Shown piece after piece: positions 37,744-47,721 of a stretch of 64,000 bases of DNA. Positions within the stretch are counted from its first letter, which is position 1; each line of letters opens with the position of its first letter. The stretch is taken from IMG/VR virus record IMGVR_UViG_3300030328_004798, positions 5,543 to 69,542 of that record; one strand, given 5' to 3'. Position numbers and translations under genes: made by a program. Below the pieces are notes generated by a model. It was not told the origin of the DNA, made no database searches, and was given only the letters and a program-made list of their open reading frames with translations. The stretch comes from a virus.

Positions 37744-38881
37744 TGATACAATAGATAAAAAAGATATAAACTCTTTAGTAGAATGGTTATCTCAAGATGA
37801 AATACCTAGATTAACTAAAGGTGAATTAACTTGGGAACTAGAAAAAAAGTGGGCTAAAAAAATAGGTACTAAATATTCTGTTTTTGTTAACTCGGGTTCA
37901 TCAGCTATATTACTTACTTTGGCTGCTTTAAAATATTCTAATAAATTAAAAAATCAAAAAATTATAGTACCTTCTCTTAGTTGGGCGACTGATGTTAGTT
38001 CACCTATGCTTTTGGGTTATGAAACTTTTATGTGTGATTGTAATTTAGAAGATTTGTCTTGTGATTTAGATTATTTAGAAAATTTATTTAAAGTACATGA
38101 TCCTTCTGTTTTTATTTTAGTATCACCACTTGGATTAATTCCAAATATGAAAAAAATAATAAAATTATGTAAAAAATATAATGTATTATTACTTGAGGAT
38201 GTATGTGAAAGTATGGGTTCTAAATATCAAAATAAATACCTAGGTAGTTTTGGATTAGCTTCATTTTTCTCATTGTATTTTGGTCATCATTTATCTACTA
38301 TAGAAGGAGGATTTATAAACACAGATGATGATAATTTATATCATTTACTTTTAATGATGAGAAGTCATGGATGGGATAGAGATCTACCTAAAGAAATTCA
38401 AAAACAATTAAGAAAAGATTATAAATGTTCTGATTTTGATGCATTATATAATTTCTATGTTCCTGGATTAAATGTACGTTCTACTGATTTGCAAGCGTTT
38501 ATAGGAATAAGAGCTATAGATAAATTAGATAATTATTCTAAAAAACGTAGAAAAAATTTCAAAAAATATATTAGTAAAATTAAAACAAATAACCTTAAAT
38601 TAAGTGAAAATAAAGATGATTTCGTTTCTAATTTTGCCCTTCCAGTTGTTAATAGACATAGAAATAAAATAACTCAGGAACTTCAGGATAATAATATCGA
38701 AGTTAGGCCTTTAATTGCAGGTAACATGGCTACTAAACCTATGTGGTATAATGAAAATTTAATACCTAAATTACCTAATTGTGAATATGTTAATGAGTTT
38801 GGATTCTATATTCCTAACCACCAAGACTTAACAGATAAAGAAATAAATTTAATAACAACAATAATTAATAAGTATGAGTAA
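37727..38881 (+). CDS. PLP-dependent DegT-family enzyme, ColD-like 3-dehydratase
   Basis: VNSGSSA, SLYFGHHLSTIEGG (His at the catalytic Lys position), RSHGWDR. Confidence 0.75.
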   Translation: MIKLVSDTIDKKDINSLVEWLSQDEIPRLTKGELTWELEKKWAKKIGTKYSVFVNSGSSAILLTLAALKYSNKLKNQKIIVPSLSWATDVSSPMLLGYETFMCDCNLEDLSCDLDYLENLFKVHDPSVFILVSPLGLIPNMKKIIKLCKKYNVLLLEDVCESMGSKYQNKYLGSFGLASFFSLYFGHHLSTIEGGFINTDDDNLYHLLLMMRSHGWDRDLPKEIQKQLRKDYKCSDFDALYNFYVPGLNVRSTDLQAFIGIRAIDKLDNYSKKRRKNFKKYISKIKTNNLKLSENKDDFVSNFALPVVNRHRNKITQELQDNNIEVRPLIAGNMATKPMWYNENLIPKLPNCEYVNEFGFYIPNHQDLTDKEINLITTIINKYE

Positions 38882-39848
38882 AGTAGCATTAATTACAGGT
38901 ATAAATGGACAAGATGGTTCTTATTTAGCTGAATTTTTAGATAAGAAAGGTTATGAGATTTGGGGTACAGTAAAAAGAAATTCTGTAGCAGAAAACCAAA
39001 CGGCTAGATTAAATGATAATTTATTTAGTAAACTTAATTTAGAATATGCCGATTTAAATGATTTATCTTCACTTATTAGAATAATACAATTATCTCAACC
39101 TGATGAGATCTATAATTTAGCTGCTCAATCTCATGTTAGAATTAGTTTTGACCAACCAATTTATACATCACAAACCACAGGAATTGGAACACTTAAATTA
39201 TTAGAAGCGGTTAAATTAACTAAACCTGATGCTAAAGTTTATCAAGCGTCATCATCCGAAATGTTTGGTAACTCTTTAGATGATGATGGATATCAAAGAG
39301 AAACTACTCCTTTACATCCTGTATCCCCTTATGGTTGTGCTAAAGTATTCTCATATAATATATGTAGAAATTATAGAAATTCTTATGGTATGTTTGTATC
39401 AAATGGTATTTTGTTTAACCATGAATCTCCAAGGAGAGGAACTAATTTTGTAACTAATAAAGTGGTTAAAGCAGCAGTACAAATTAAATATGGATTAAAA
39501 AATGAATTAGCATTAGGTAACTTGGATGCCACTAGAGATTGGGGACATGCAGAAGATTTTGTTGAAGCTATGTGGTTAATGTTACAACAAGAAAAACCAG
39601 GTGATTATGTTTGTGCTACTGGGGTTTCTCATAGCGTAAGAGATTTATGTGAATATGTTTTTACTAAATTAGGATTAAATTATAAAGATTATGTTAAAGT
39701 AGATCCTAAATATTTTAGAGCAGAAGAATTACATGATCTAAAAGGTGATTCATCTAAATTGAGAAAATTAGGTTGGAAACCTAAACATGATTTTGTATCA
39801 TTATTAGATGATATGATTAACTATTGGTCAGTTAAATATATAAAATAA
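38874..39848 (+). CDS. gmd: GDP-mannose 4,6-dehydratase
   Basis: ITGINGQDGSYL, AAQSHVRISF, LFNHESPRRG, RDWGHA. Confidence 0.96.
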   Translation: MSKVALITGINGQDGSYLAEFLDKKGYEIWGTVKRNSVAENQTARLNDNLFSKLNLEYADLNDLSSLIRIIQLSQPDEIYNLAAQSHVRISFDQPIYTSQTTGIGTLKLLEAVKLTKPDAKVYQASSSEMFGNSLDDDGYQRETTPLHPVSPYGCAKVFSYNICRNYRNSYGMFVSNGILFNHESPRRGTNFVTNKVVKAAVQIKYGLKNELALGNLDATRDWGHAEDFVEAMWLMLQQEKPGDYVCATGVSHSVRDLCEYVFTKLGLNYKDYVKVDPKYFRAEELHDLKGDSSKLRKLGWKPKHDFVSLLDDMINYWSVKYIK

Positions 39849-39850
39849 AT

Positions 39851-40999
39851 ATGAAAAAAGTATGGTACGCACCTAATAAGCATGAAGCTTATGGGGAAGA
39901 AGAAATAAAAGCAGTTGAACAATGTCTTAAAGATGGTTGGTTAGCTGGCTTTGGTCCTCGTTCTATTGAATTTGAGGAAAAAATAGCTAAACAATTTGGA
40001 AAGAAATTTGGAGTATTTGTAAACTCAGGTTCGTCTGCTTGCCTATTAGCTTTAGCTGCATTAGATCTACCTAAAGGCAGTAAAGTATTAACTCCAGCAT
40101 TAACGTTCTCAACTACATTAGCACCTATTATTCAATTAGGTTATAAACCAATTTTCATTGATTCTAATTTAACGTCTTACGTACCTAATGTTGATGATAT
40201 ATTAAAAGCAGTATTAGACAACCCAGATATTAAAGCCATTATGATACCAAATTTAATTGGTAACAAACCAGATTGGGAAAAATTAAAAGAAGAATTATTT
40301 GATTTAGGTAGATTTGATATTTATCTAATTGAGGACTCAGCAGATACTGTTACATATACCGAAGAATCAGATGTTTCTACTACTAGTTTTTATGCTTCAC
40401 ATGTAATTACAGCTGGTGGTATGGGTGGAATGGTAATGTTTAACGATGAAAAACATGTTAAACGTGCATTAATGTATAGAGATTGGGGTCGTATTGGAGA
40501 TAACAGTGAAAACATGGATGAACGTTTTGCTCATAATGTTGATGGTTTACCATATGATTATAAATTTTTATATGGTGTTTTAGGTTATAATATGAAATGT
40601 AGTGAAATGAGTGCTGCTTTTGGTTTAGTTCAATTAGAACGTTTTCAAACATTTAAAGATAAAAGACGAGCAAATATAGAAAGATACTTAGAAAATCTTA
40701 AAGATGTTAAAGAATTAATACTACCAGATGATAGTATTAAACCAAATTGGTTAGCTATCCCATTACAAACAGATCGTAGATTAGAATTACTTAACTATTT
40801 AGAAAATAATAATATACAAACTAGAGTAACATTTGCTGGTAACGTTACTAGACACCCAGTTTATAGAGAATATCTACAAGAATTTGAAAATGCTGATATA
40901 GTAATGAAAAATGGGTTCTTATTAGGTGCTCATCATGGGATGGATTTAGATGATGTTGATTACGTTTGTGATAAAATAAAAGAATTTTTTGCCCAATGA
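39851..40999 (+). CDS. PLP-dependent DegT-family enzyme, RfbH/DdhC-like
   Basis: VNSGSSA, SFYASHVIT, RDWGR, YDYKF...GYNMK. Confidence 0.75.
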   Translation: MKKVWYAPNKHEAYGEEEIKAVEQCLKDGWLAGFGPRSIEFEEKIAKQFGKKFGVFVNSGSSACLLALAALDLPKGSKVLTPALTFSTTLAPIIQLGYKPIFIDSNLTSYVPNVDDILKAVLDNPDIKAIMIPNLIGNKPDWEKLKEELFDLGRFDIYLIEDSADTVTYTEESDVSTTSFYASHVITAGGMGGMVMFNDEKHVKRALMYRDWGRIGDNSENMDERFAHNVDGLPYDYKFLYGVLGYNMKCSEMSAAFGLVQLERFQTFKDKRRANIERYLENLKDVKELILPDDSIKPNWLAIPLQTDRRLELLNYLENNNIQTRVTFAGNVTRHPVYREYLQEFENADIVMKNGFLLGAHHGMDLDDVDYVCDKIKEFFAQ

Positions 41000-41988
41000 A
41001 AGTAGTATACGTTACAGGTTGTTTAGGTTTTATAGGTTCATATGTTACTAGAACTTGTCTAGAAAAAGGATGGTATGTTAGAGGCATAGATAAAATGACT
41101 TACGCATCTAATCCTGGTTTATTAGATGAATTTAATAAATATGATAATTTTATTTATGAAAATAAAGATATTAATGACATTGAATTTCTTTATGAGTGTG
41201 ATTATATTATTAATACTGCAGCTGAAACACATGTAGGTAATTCAATAGTTAAAAGTGAAGATTTTTTACATTCTAATGTTAATGGGGTACACAACATACT
41301 TGAATTAATTAGAAATTATAGGGCAGAAACAGATAAATTACCTATTTTACTCCATTTTAGTACAGATGAAGTTTATGGTGATATTACAGATGGAGAACAT
41401 ATAGAAACAGATATACTAAACCCATCTAATCCCTACTCAGCAACAAAAGCCGCTGCAGATCAATTAATTTTAGCCTGGGCTAGAACGTATAAATTACCTT
41501 ATGTTATTTTAAGACCAACAAATAATTATGGTATAGGCCAATATACTGAAAAATTAATACCTAAATCAATTAAATATCTTGGTTTAGATAAACCTATTCC
41601 TTTACATAATGAGGGTACTCCAATAAGAAATTGGCTGCACGCACAAGATACTGCTAATGCAGTAATTACTATTATAGAAAGGCCTTATCATGTTCGAGAT
41701 GAAATTTATAATATTTGTGGTGGATTTGAACAATCAAATATGACTACAGTAGAAAAAATAATTAATTTATATCATCCTGAGGATGAAGCATTAAAAAAAC
41801 AATTTCCTCATTATCCTCAAAGACGAATTTTTGAATACCTAGATTTAGATTATTCTAGACAGGGTCAAGATATAAGATATGCTTTAAATGATGATAAATT
41901 AAGAAAATTAGGTTGGGAACCTAAAAAAATATTTGATGATGAATTACCTAATATAGTTGAATATTATAAAAATAATTTTATATGGTAA
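40996..41988 (+). CDS. rmlB: dTDP-glucose 4,6-dehydratase-like
   Basis: AAETHV, STDEVYG, PYSATKA, NNYG..QYTEKLIP. Confidence 0.85.
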   Translation: MKVVYVTGCLGFIGSYVTRTCLEKGWYVRGIDKMTYASNPGLLDEFNKYDNFIYENKDINDIEFLYECDYIINTAAETHVGNSIVKSEDFLHSNVNGVHNILELIRNYRAETDKLPILLHFSTDEVYGDITDGEHIETDILNPSNPYSATKAAADQLILAWARTYKLPYVILRPTNNYGIGQYTEKLIPKSIKYLGLDKPIPLHNEGTPIRNWLHAQDTANAVITIIERPYHVRDEIYNICGGFEQSNMTTVEKIINLYHPEDEALKKQFPHYPQRRIFEYLDLDYSRQGQDIRYALNDDKLRKLGWEPKKIFDDELPNIVEYYKNNFIW

Positions 41989-42596
41989 TGAATAAATTAA
42001 AAAAACGTATACTAGAAATTGCTTATAAACATAAATTATCACATTTAGGTTCTTATTTATCTGCAGTAGATATAGTAGACGAAATTTACAAAACAAAAAA
42101 CCCAGAAGATATTTTTATATTATCTTCGGGTCATGCGGCTTTAGCATTATATGTTATATTAGAAAAGTATGAAGGTAAAAACGCAGAAGAATTATTTGTT
42201 AAATATGGAGGTCATCCTCATTTAGCAGAAGAAGATGGTATTTATTGCTCAACTGGAAGTTTGGGGACAGGTATTACTATTGGAGTTGGAAGAGCATTAG
42301 CTAATAAGAATAGAAAAGTATATATTTTAATTAGTGATGGTGAATGTGCTGAAGGAAGTATTTGGGAATCGTTACGCTTTATTAAAGAACATAATATGAA
42401 TAACATTGAAATATATGTTAACATAAATGGTTATGCAGCTTATGATAAAGTAGATACACAATATCTTTCTGATAGGTTAAAGGTGTTTTTACCCACAATA
42501 GAACTAAGATATACATCAGTTAATCAGACTCCATTTTTAAAAGGAATTAATGCTCATTATCATATTATGAGTGAAGAAGATTATAAATCATTATGA
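41982..42596 (+). CDS. Transketolase-like TPP-binding N-terminal subunit (short)
   Basis: SHLGS, SSGHA, GHP, TGSLG, SDGECAEGSIWE. Confidence 0.88.
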   Translation: MVMNKLKKRILEIAYKHKLSHLGSYLSAVDIVDEIYKTKNPEDIFILSSGHAALALYVILEKYEGKNAEELFVKYGGHPHLAEEDGIYCSTGSLGTGITIGVGRALANKNRKVYILISDGECAEGSIWESLRFIKEHNMNNIEIYVNINGYAAYDKVDTQYLSDRLKVFLPTIELRYTSVNQTPFLKGINAHYHIMSEEDYKSL

Positions 42597-43063
42597 GAAA
42601 ACAATTTGCAGAATTTTTACATGACGAAATGTCTTTAAATGAGGACATTCATGTTTTAACTGGTGATTTAGGTTATGGTCTTTGGGATAAAATTAAATTA
42701 GATTACCCTGATAGATTTATTAACTTTTTATCGTCTGAACAATTAATGTTAGGAGCTGCCTGTGGGATGGCTTTAGAAGGTAAAGTACCTGTTGTTTATT
42801 CTATCACACCCTTTTTATTATACAGACCATTTGAATGGATTAGAAATTATTTAAATAATGAAAAAATACCAGTTAAATTAGTTGGAGGTGGTAGAGATAA
42901 AGATTATGGATATCTAGGTTTTTCTCATTGGGCCGAAGAAGATGTTAAAATATTATCTGAATTTGATAATATTAAGTTATACAAACCATCAACCCCAGAA
43001 ATTAAAATATTCAAAAGAATGTTATATAATAATGAACCTTCTTACTTAAATTTAAAAAGATGA
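42593..43063 (+). CDS. Transketolase-like pyrimidine-binding subunit (short)
   Basis: TGDLG, SEQLMLGAACGMA, GFSH. Confidence 0.88.
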   Translation: MRKQFAEFLHDEMSLNEDIHVLTGDLGYGLWDKIKLDYPDRFINFLSSEQLMLGAACGMALEGKVPVVYSITPFLLYRPFEWIRNYLNNEKIPVKLVGGGRDKDYGYLGFSHWAEEDVKILSEFDNIKLYKPSTPEIKIFKRMLYNNEPSYLNLKR

Positions 43064-43836
43064 AAATATTAGTAACTGGTAAAAATGGGTATGTTGGGAG
43101 TAGTATAATTAATAAATTACAATATTCTGATCAGGTACCTTATGATATAATTGGAGTTGGTAGAGATGATTTTGATCTAACTAATAGAATAGAAACTAAG
43201 GAATTTTTTAGAGGCAAAAAATTTGATTGTGTTATTCACACAGCTAATGTAGGTGGTAGCCGTTTATCTAAAGATAGTAGTGATGTTTTATTTAAAAACA
43301 TTTCTATGTTTAATAACTTATGTAGTCAATTTGTATGTTATGACCATTTAATAAGTTTTGGTTCGGGTGTGGAAAGAATGTATCCCACTGATCCTTATGG
43401 TTTAAGTAAAAGTATTATTAATTCTATTATAAAATCAGAAAAAAAGTATACTAATATAAGAATTTTTGGTGTATTTGATGAAAATGAATGGGATACTAGA
43501 TTTATAAAATCTAATATTAAAAGATATATTAATAAAGAACCTCTAATAATACATCAAAATAAATTTATGGATTTTATCTATATGGATGATTTAATTAAAT
43601 TAATTAACTATTCTGTTACACATCCCCACCATAAATTATTAGAAGCTAATTATGTTCAACCCTATACCCTACTTGATATAGCTTTATTTATAAATGAATT
43701 ATCAAGTCATAGATGTGAAATAAAATTTCAAGAAGAAGGTATAGCTGATCCTTACACTGGTGGTCTAAACCAATTAAAATTACCATATATTGGTATGGAA
43801 AGAGCCTTAAAACGAGTTTATGAAGCAATTAATTAG
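43060..43836 (+). CDS. NAD-dependent epimerase/reductase
   Basis: TGKNGYVG, YGLSK, RIFGVF, MDFIYMDD. Confidence 0.85.
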   Translation: MKILVTGKNGYVGSSIINKLQYSDQVPYDIIGVGRDDFDLTNRIETKEFFRGKKFDCVIHTANVGGSRLSKDSSDVLFKNISMFNNLCSQFVCYDHLISFGSGVERMYPTDPYGLSKSIINSIIKSEKKYTNIRIFGVFDENEWDTRFIKSNIKRYINKEPLIIHQNKFMDFIYMDDLIKLINYSVTHPHHKLLEANYVQPYTLLDIALFINELSSHRCEIKFQEEGIADPYTGGLNQLKLPYIGMERALKRVYEAIN

Positions 43837-45091
43837 TTTTTGTATTAATACAGCTGTTAATGAATTAGATTATATTAAATTATTATTTAAATCATTAGAA
43901 GATAATCTATCTACATTAGAACATGAAATAATTGTTTTTATAGACTCAGATAATCAAGGTACTTCAGAATGGTTAATTGAACAAAAATCAATATTTCCAA
44001 ATTTAAAAATATTAAATAATCCTCTTCCTGTGTGCTATGGGTATGCTCGAAATATTAATGAGATGTTTAAATTTGCATCTAACGACATTGTATCATATCT
44101 TCAATCAGATATGGTAATTAGTAAAGACTATGATGTATACATAAGTAAACACATAAAAGATAATATGATATTATCTAGTACTAGAATAGAACCACCATTA
44201 CATGGGCCTGGGTTAGAAAAACATACTATGGATTTTGGTTTAACCCCTAAAGACTTTCAATATGAAATGTTTTTAGATTGGTGTGAACATAATAGAGAAG
44301 ATAAACAAACTGAGTATTTCTTCGCTCCTTTTACTTTATATAAAAAAGTCTGGAATGAAATAGGGGGTCATGATACTTGTTTTAGACGTTCTAGAGAAGA
44401 TTCTGATGTATTAAATAGATTAGTTCTGAATGGAAATAAAATCATCCAGACTTGGGATGTTTTAGTTTATCATTTTACTTGTGTATCTAGTAGAGGACAA
44501 GATTGGCATAATAAACAAAATCAAAAAGCACAAGCAAGAGCTGTATTACAACAACATGCTGATATGATTGAAATGTCTCGAATTAATAGAAAATGGGGTG
44601 GATTTAGTCATGGTAAACCTAATAATTATTATTACAATATAAATTCAGAAATTAATATAGATAGTAATAACTTTAATACATTTAAAATGATTTCTACATT
44701 TTTTAATGTAAATTATATAAATGATATTTCATTTTATAATGAATTTATCAATCAAAATGAACACACTTATGCTAATCAATTATTAAATTTTACAGATAAA
44801 CATTGGGAGGAATATTCTTATATGTATAATACTGAAGATTTAGAAGATTATGTAAGTTTATTGGATTCTAAGGGTGATATAGTGGTTAAATTTAATTTAT
44901 CTAATATTAATCAAAATAATTTCAATAGCGTTATTTACAATCTACAACATATAATTCATCAATATGATGAAGGAACATATGAATATGATGGATTTACTAT
45001 AATTATTAATAAAAAAAATAACGTAATTAAAGAAAAAATTAAAATTTCCAATCCTTCTATAAGAAAATCGCATAAATATTTGGTTTCCTAA
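43820..45091 (+). CDS. GT2-like glycosyltransferase
   Basis: ISFCI...IVFID, QSDM, GGHD, REDSD, VYHF. Confidence 0.8.
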   Translation: MKQLISFCINTAVNELDYIKLLFKSLEDNLSTLEHEIIVFIDSDNQGTSEWLIEQKSIFPNLKILNNPLPVCYGYARNINEMFKFASNDIVSYLQSDMVISKDYDVYISKHIKDNMILSSTRIEPPLHGPGLEKHTMDFGLTPKDFQYEMFLDWCEHNREDKQTEYFFAPFTLYKKVWNEIGGHDTCFRRSREDSDVLNRLVLNGNKIIQTWDVLVYHFTCVSSRGQDWHNKQNQKAQARAVLQQHADMIEMSRINRKWGGFSHGKPNNYYYNINSEINIDSNNFNTFKMISTFFNVNYINDISFYNEFINQNEHTYANQLLNFTDKHWEEYSYMYNTEDLEDYVSLLDSKGDIVVKFNLSNINQNNFNSVIYNLQHIIHQYDEGTYEYDGFTIIINKKNNVIKEKIKISNPSIRKSHKYLVS

Positions 45092-45110
45092 TATATCTTT
45101 CGTATATTTA
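45079..45110 (+). promoter_or_regulatory. TTTGG-N15-TTCGTATATTTA promoter
   Basis: Exact motif with 15-nt spacer. Confidence 0.8.
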
Positions 45111-45137
45111 CCCAGAATTTCAAAAGGTTATATATTT

Positions 45138-45410
45138 ATGCAACAGACTATTAAAACTTCATTAAAAATGAAAAAGATCCCTTGTTCACAATGTGGTTCT
45201 CCAATGCCTGAATTAAGATTAACACAATATGGATATGATTTTTGTGTAAACTGTTCAACTGTGGGAGCTAAAAAAGGAGTACCCATAATGAGAGGAGTTG
45301 GAGACCATACATGGACTGAAACTGTTATTATGGAAGAAGAAGATTATGTCAAATTCCAAGAATTAGAAGCTGAAGAGAATAAAGCTATAACAAATCCTAA
45401 AACTAAATAA
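45138..45410 (+). CDS. Zinc-finger protein (DksA/TraR-like Cys spacing)
   Basis: CSQC...MPELRL...CVNC. Confidence 0.65.
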   Translation: MQQTIKTSLKMKKIPCSQCGSPMPELRLTQYGYDFCVNCSTVGAKKGVPIMRGVGDHTWTETVIMEEEDYVKFQELEAEENKAITNPKTK

Positions 45411-45411
45411 T

Positions 45412-46023
45412 ATGCCCAAGCCAAAGCCACTATCAAAAGAAATGATAGTAGCAGCTCAAGCAAATACTAAGTCTAATTTAGCTGCTTCAAGATATTTACA
45501 TGTTTCTTACCAACATTATAAGAGATATGCTAAAATGTATAATTTATTCGAATCACATAAAAACCAAAGTGGTAAAGGAATACCTAAATTTTTAAAAGGT
45601 AGTGGTAAAGAACCCGCTCTTTTAGATATAATTGAGGGTAGAATATCATCAGCCCATTTCTCTCCTGCTAAAATTAAGTATAGACTTATAGAAGAAGGAT
45701 ATTTATCAGAAGAATGTTCAATGTGTGGTTTTAAAGAACGTAGGGTATTAGATTATAAAATGCCATTACTGTTACACTTCAAAGATAATAATAAATCAAA
45801 CTACAGTCGCGATAATATAGAGTTACTCTGTTATAATCATTATTTTTTAACGGTAGGTGATATATTCACTGAAAAAGACGTTAAACAAATTGAATCCCAT
45901 CAGGAACATTTTGGGACATCAGATAAAGTAGAATGGGAAGTAGATGATTATCATTTACAAAGATTAAAAGAACTTGGATTAGAAGATGAAGATGAAGTAA
46001 ACCAATATATTTCTAGAATATGA
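45412..46023 (+). CDS. HNH-like endonuclease-domain protein
   Basis: CSMCG, LLHFKDNNKSNYSRDNIELLCYNH. Confidence 0.7.
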   Translation: MPKPKPLSKEMIVAAQANTKSNLAASRYLHVSYQHYKRYAKMYNLFESHKNQSGKGIPKFLKGSGKEPALLDIIEGRISSAHFSPAKIKYRLIEEGYLSEECSMCGFKERRVLDYKMPLLLHFKDNNKSNYSRDNIELLCYNHYFLTVGDIFTEKDVKQIESHQEHFGTSDKVEWEVDDYHLQRLKELGLEDEDEVNQYISRI

Positions 46024-46175
46024 TAAATAAAAAACATAAAAAAATAGTTGATAACTATTCAAAACAAAAATCTAAACATTTAGATAAATTAGCTACTAAA
46101 ACATTAGCTAATGATGAAAAACTTCAAAAATTAAAATCAAAACAAATAAAAGGTGATTTTCTTAAAAATTTTTAA
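46020..46175 (+). CDS. Small basic protein (51 aa, not in track)
   Basis: MINKKHKKIVDNY...GDFLKNF; ATGA overlap with upstream gene. Confidence 0.6.
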   Translation: MINKKHKKIVDNYSKQKSKHLDKLATKTLANDEKLQKLKSKQIKGDFLKNF

Positions 46176-46176
46176 T

Positions 46177-46758
46177 ATGAAAAAAGTACTTACATTATTA
46201 TTATTTTTATCAATATTTTCATTATTATCTGCTTTAACGTATAAAACTATAAGAGTATTTACTCCTGCTGTAGTAGAAATAACCCCAGAACCTATTACAG
46301 TTATTAAGGTAGATCCTATAGTAGTAAAAATAAAAAAAGTTAAAGGTTATGACGATTTTTTAAATGCTTTAGGCCATCAAGAATCAGGTAATAGATATGA
46401 TGTAGTAAATAGATATGGTTATATGGGAAAATATCAATTTGGTAAATCAACTCTAAAAACATTAAAAATAAAGGTTACTAAAGAAGCATTTTTAAATAGT
46501 CCTGATTTACAAGAATATGCTATGAAACAACTTCTTTTATATAATAAAAAAAGATTACAAAATTATATAATTGATTATGAAGGTAAAGTAGTTCATGGTG
46601 TTTTAGTTACAGAATCTGGGTTATTAGCTGCGGCTCATTTAGGAGGTCAAGGTAGTGTTAAAAAATGGTTTAGAACCGGTAAAGTAAGACAAGATGGAAA
46701 TGGAGTAAAAATAACTAATTACATGAAACGATTTTCAGGGTATAAGCTATATTTATAA
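46177..46758 (+). CDS. Lysozyme-like/lytic transglycosylase with N-terminal signal/anchor
   Basis: ESGNRY, GYMGKYQFG, LLAAAHLGG; start moved to MKKVLTLLLF. Confidence 0.7.
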   Translation: MKKVLTLLLFLSIFSLLSALTYKTIRVFTPAVVEITPEPITVIKVDPIVVKIKKVKGYDDFLNALGHQESGNRYDVVNRYGYMGKYQFGKSTLKTLKIKVTKEAFLNSPDLQEYAMKQLLLYNKKRLQNYIIDYEGKVVHGVLVTESGLLAAAHLGGQGSVKKWFRTGKVRQDGNGVKITNYMKRFSGYKLYL

Positions 46759-46768
46759 CAAAAATTAA

Positions 46769-46903
46769 ATGGCTAATATCCTTGTATCTAATTATAAATC
46801 TAATAAAAGAACAAAACGACCTGGAATACATGCAAAGAGCAAATCCAGTAAATTAAAAAATAGTAAAAACTATGTTAAAACCTATAGAGGACAAGGAAGA
46901 TAA
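46769..46903 (+). CDS. Small basic protein ending YRGQGR (44 aa, not in track)
   Basis: MANILVSNYKSNKRTKRPGIHAK...KTYRGQGR; preceded by ATATTTATAA. Confidence 0.7.
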   Translation: MANILVSNYKSNKRTKRPGIHAKSKSSKLKNSKNYVKTYRGQGR

Positions 46904-46904
46904 A

Positions 46905-47051
46905 ATGACACTAACAACAGAAACATTTTTTAGACATATGTCAGATGATGATTTTATAGCTGTTATACAAGCAGGACAAATAGAAAATTTATGTAATGCT
47001 TTAACTATAGACTTACAAGCGGTAAATAAAATCAAAAAATATGAAGCCTAA
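46905..47051 (+). CDS. Small hypothetical protein (48 aa, not in track)
   Basis: MTLTTETFFRHMSDDDF...; tight packing. Confidence 0.55.
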   Translation: MTLTTETFFRHMSDDDFIAVIQAGQIENLCNALTIDLQAVNKIKKYEA

Positions 47052-47172
47052 ATTACAAAAAACAATATTAACTAGAGAAGAATGGTTTAATGCCTTAAAA
47101 GTTCCCTCACCCCACAAAAATAAAAAGACTTACTCTAGAAAAGAAAAATTCAAAAATAGGGTGGAGTATTAA
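47041..47172 (+). CDS. Small basic protein (43 aa, not in track)
   Basis: MKPKLQK...PSPHKNKKTYSRKEKFK. Confidence 0.55.
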   Translation: MKPKLQKTILTREEWFNALKVPSPHKNKKTYSRKEKFKNRVEY

Positions 47173-47287
47173 GATACTTTTCGTATCATATACGTCACCT
47201 GTTCTTTTAAATACAACTGAAGAAAAAAATGCGGTTATTCCGGACCGCTGTTATCAATTAAAATGAATATTAACCAAAACAATTATT

Positions 47288-47692
47288 ATGAGAAAATTGA
47301 TTATTTTACTGGCTATTGCGTTTACGTTTACGGCTAATGCACAGGAAAAGGGTGACTGGTATGTAGGTACTGGTGACGTTGCAAACGTTTCATGGACTGA
47401 ATGGGCTATTAGCCCAAGTCTCGGCTACGCATTTACAGATGACCTAGTAGTAGGTTTTAATGTATCGCAAGTAGTTGATGAGGACATGGAATTTGATGTA
47501 CACGCAAGATACTTCTTTGTTGAAGATTATTTTGCATATGTTGGAGTTGAAGACTTTGACTTTGACATGGTTCAAGTTGGTGTTGGAAAAATGTTTGAAA
47601 TAAGAAAGAACATTTTTATCGATCCAAAAGTAGTGTACGATGTTAATGCATCAACCACAAATCTTACATTAGGGTTTGGTCTTAAATTTTAA
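47288..47692 (+). CDS. Small (probably 8-stranded) outer-membrane beta-barrel protein
   Basis: Signal peptide ending ANA-Q; alternating strands; ends LGFGLKF; own promoter (47161-47190) and terminator. Confidence 0.85.
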   Translation: MRKLIILLAIAFTFTANAQEKGDWYVGTGDVANVSWTEWAISPSLGYAFTDDLVVGFNVSQVVDEDMEFDVHARYFFVEDYFAYVGVEDFDFDMVQVGVGKMFEIRKNIFIDPKVVYDVNASTTNLTLGFGLKF

Positions 47693-47721
47693 TATATTTA
47701 GAATTTAAGCTATAAGAAATG

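Noticed and set aside
45412-46023. Mobile homing endonuclease/intron
   Set aside because: The HNH-like ORF does not interrupt a recognisable gene and no intron structure flanks it.
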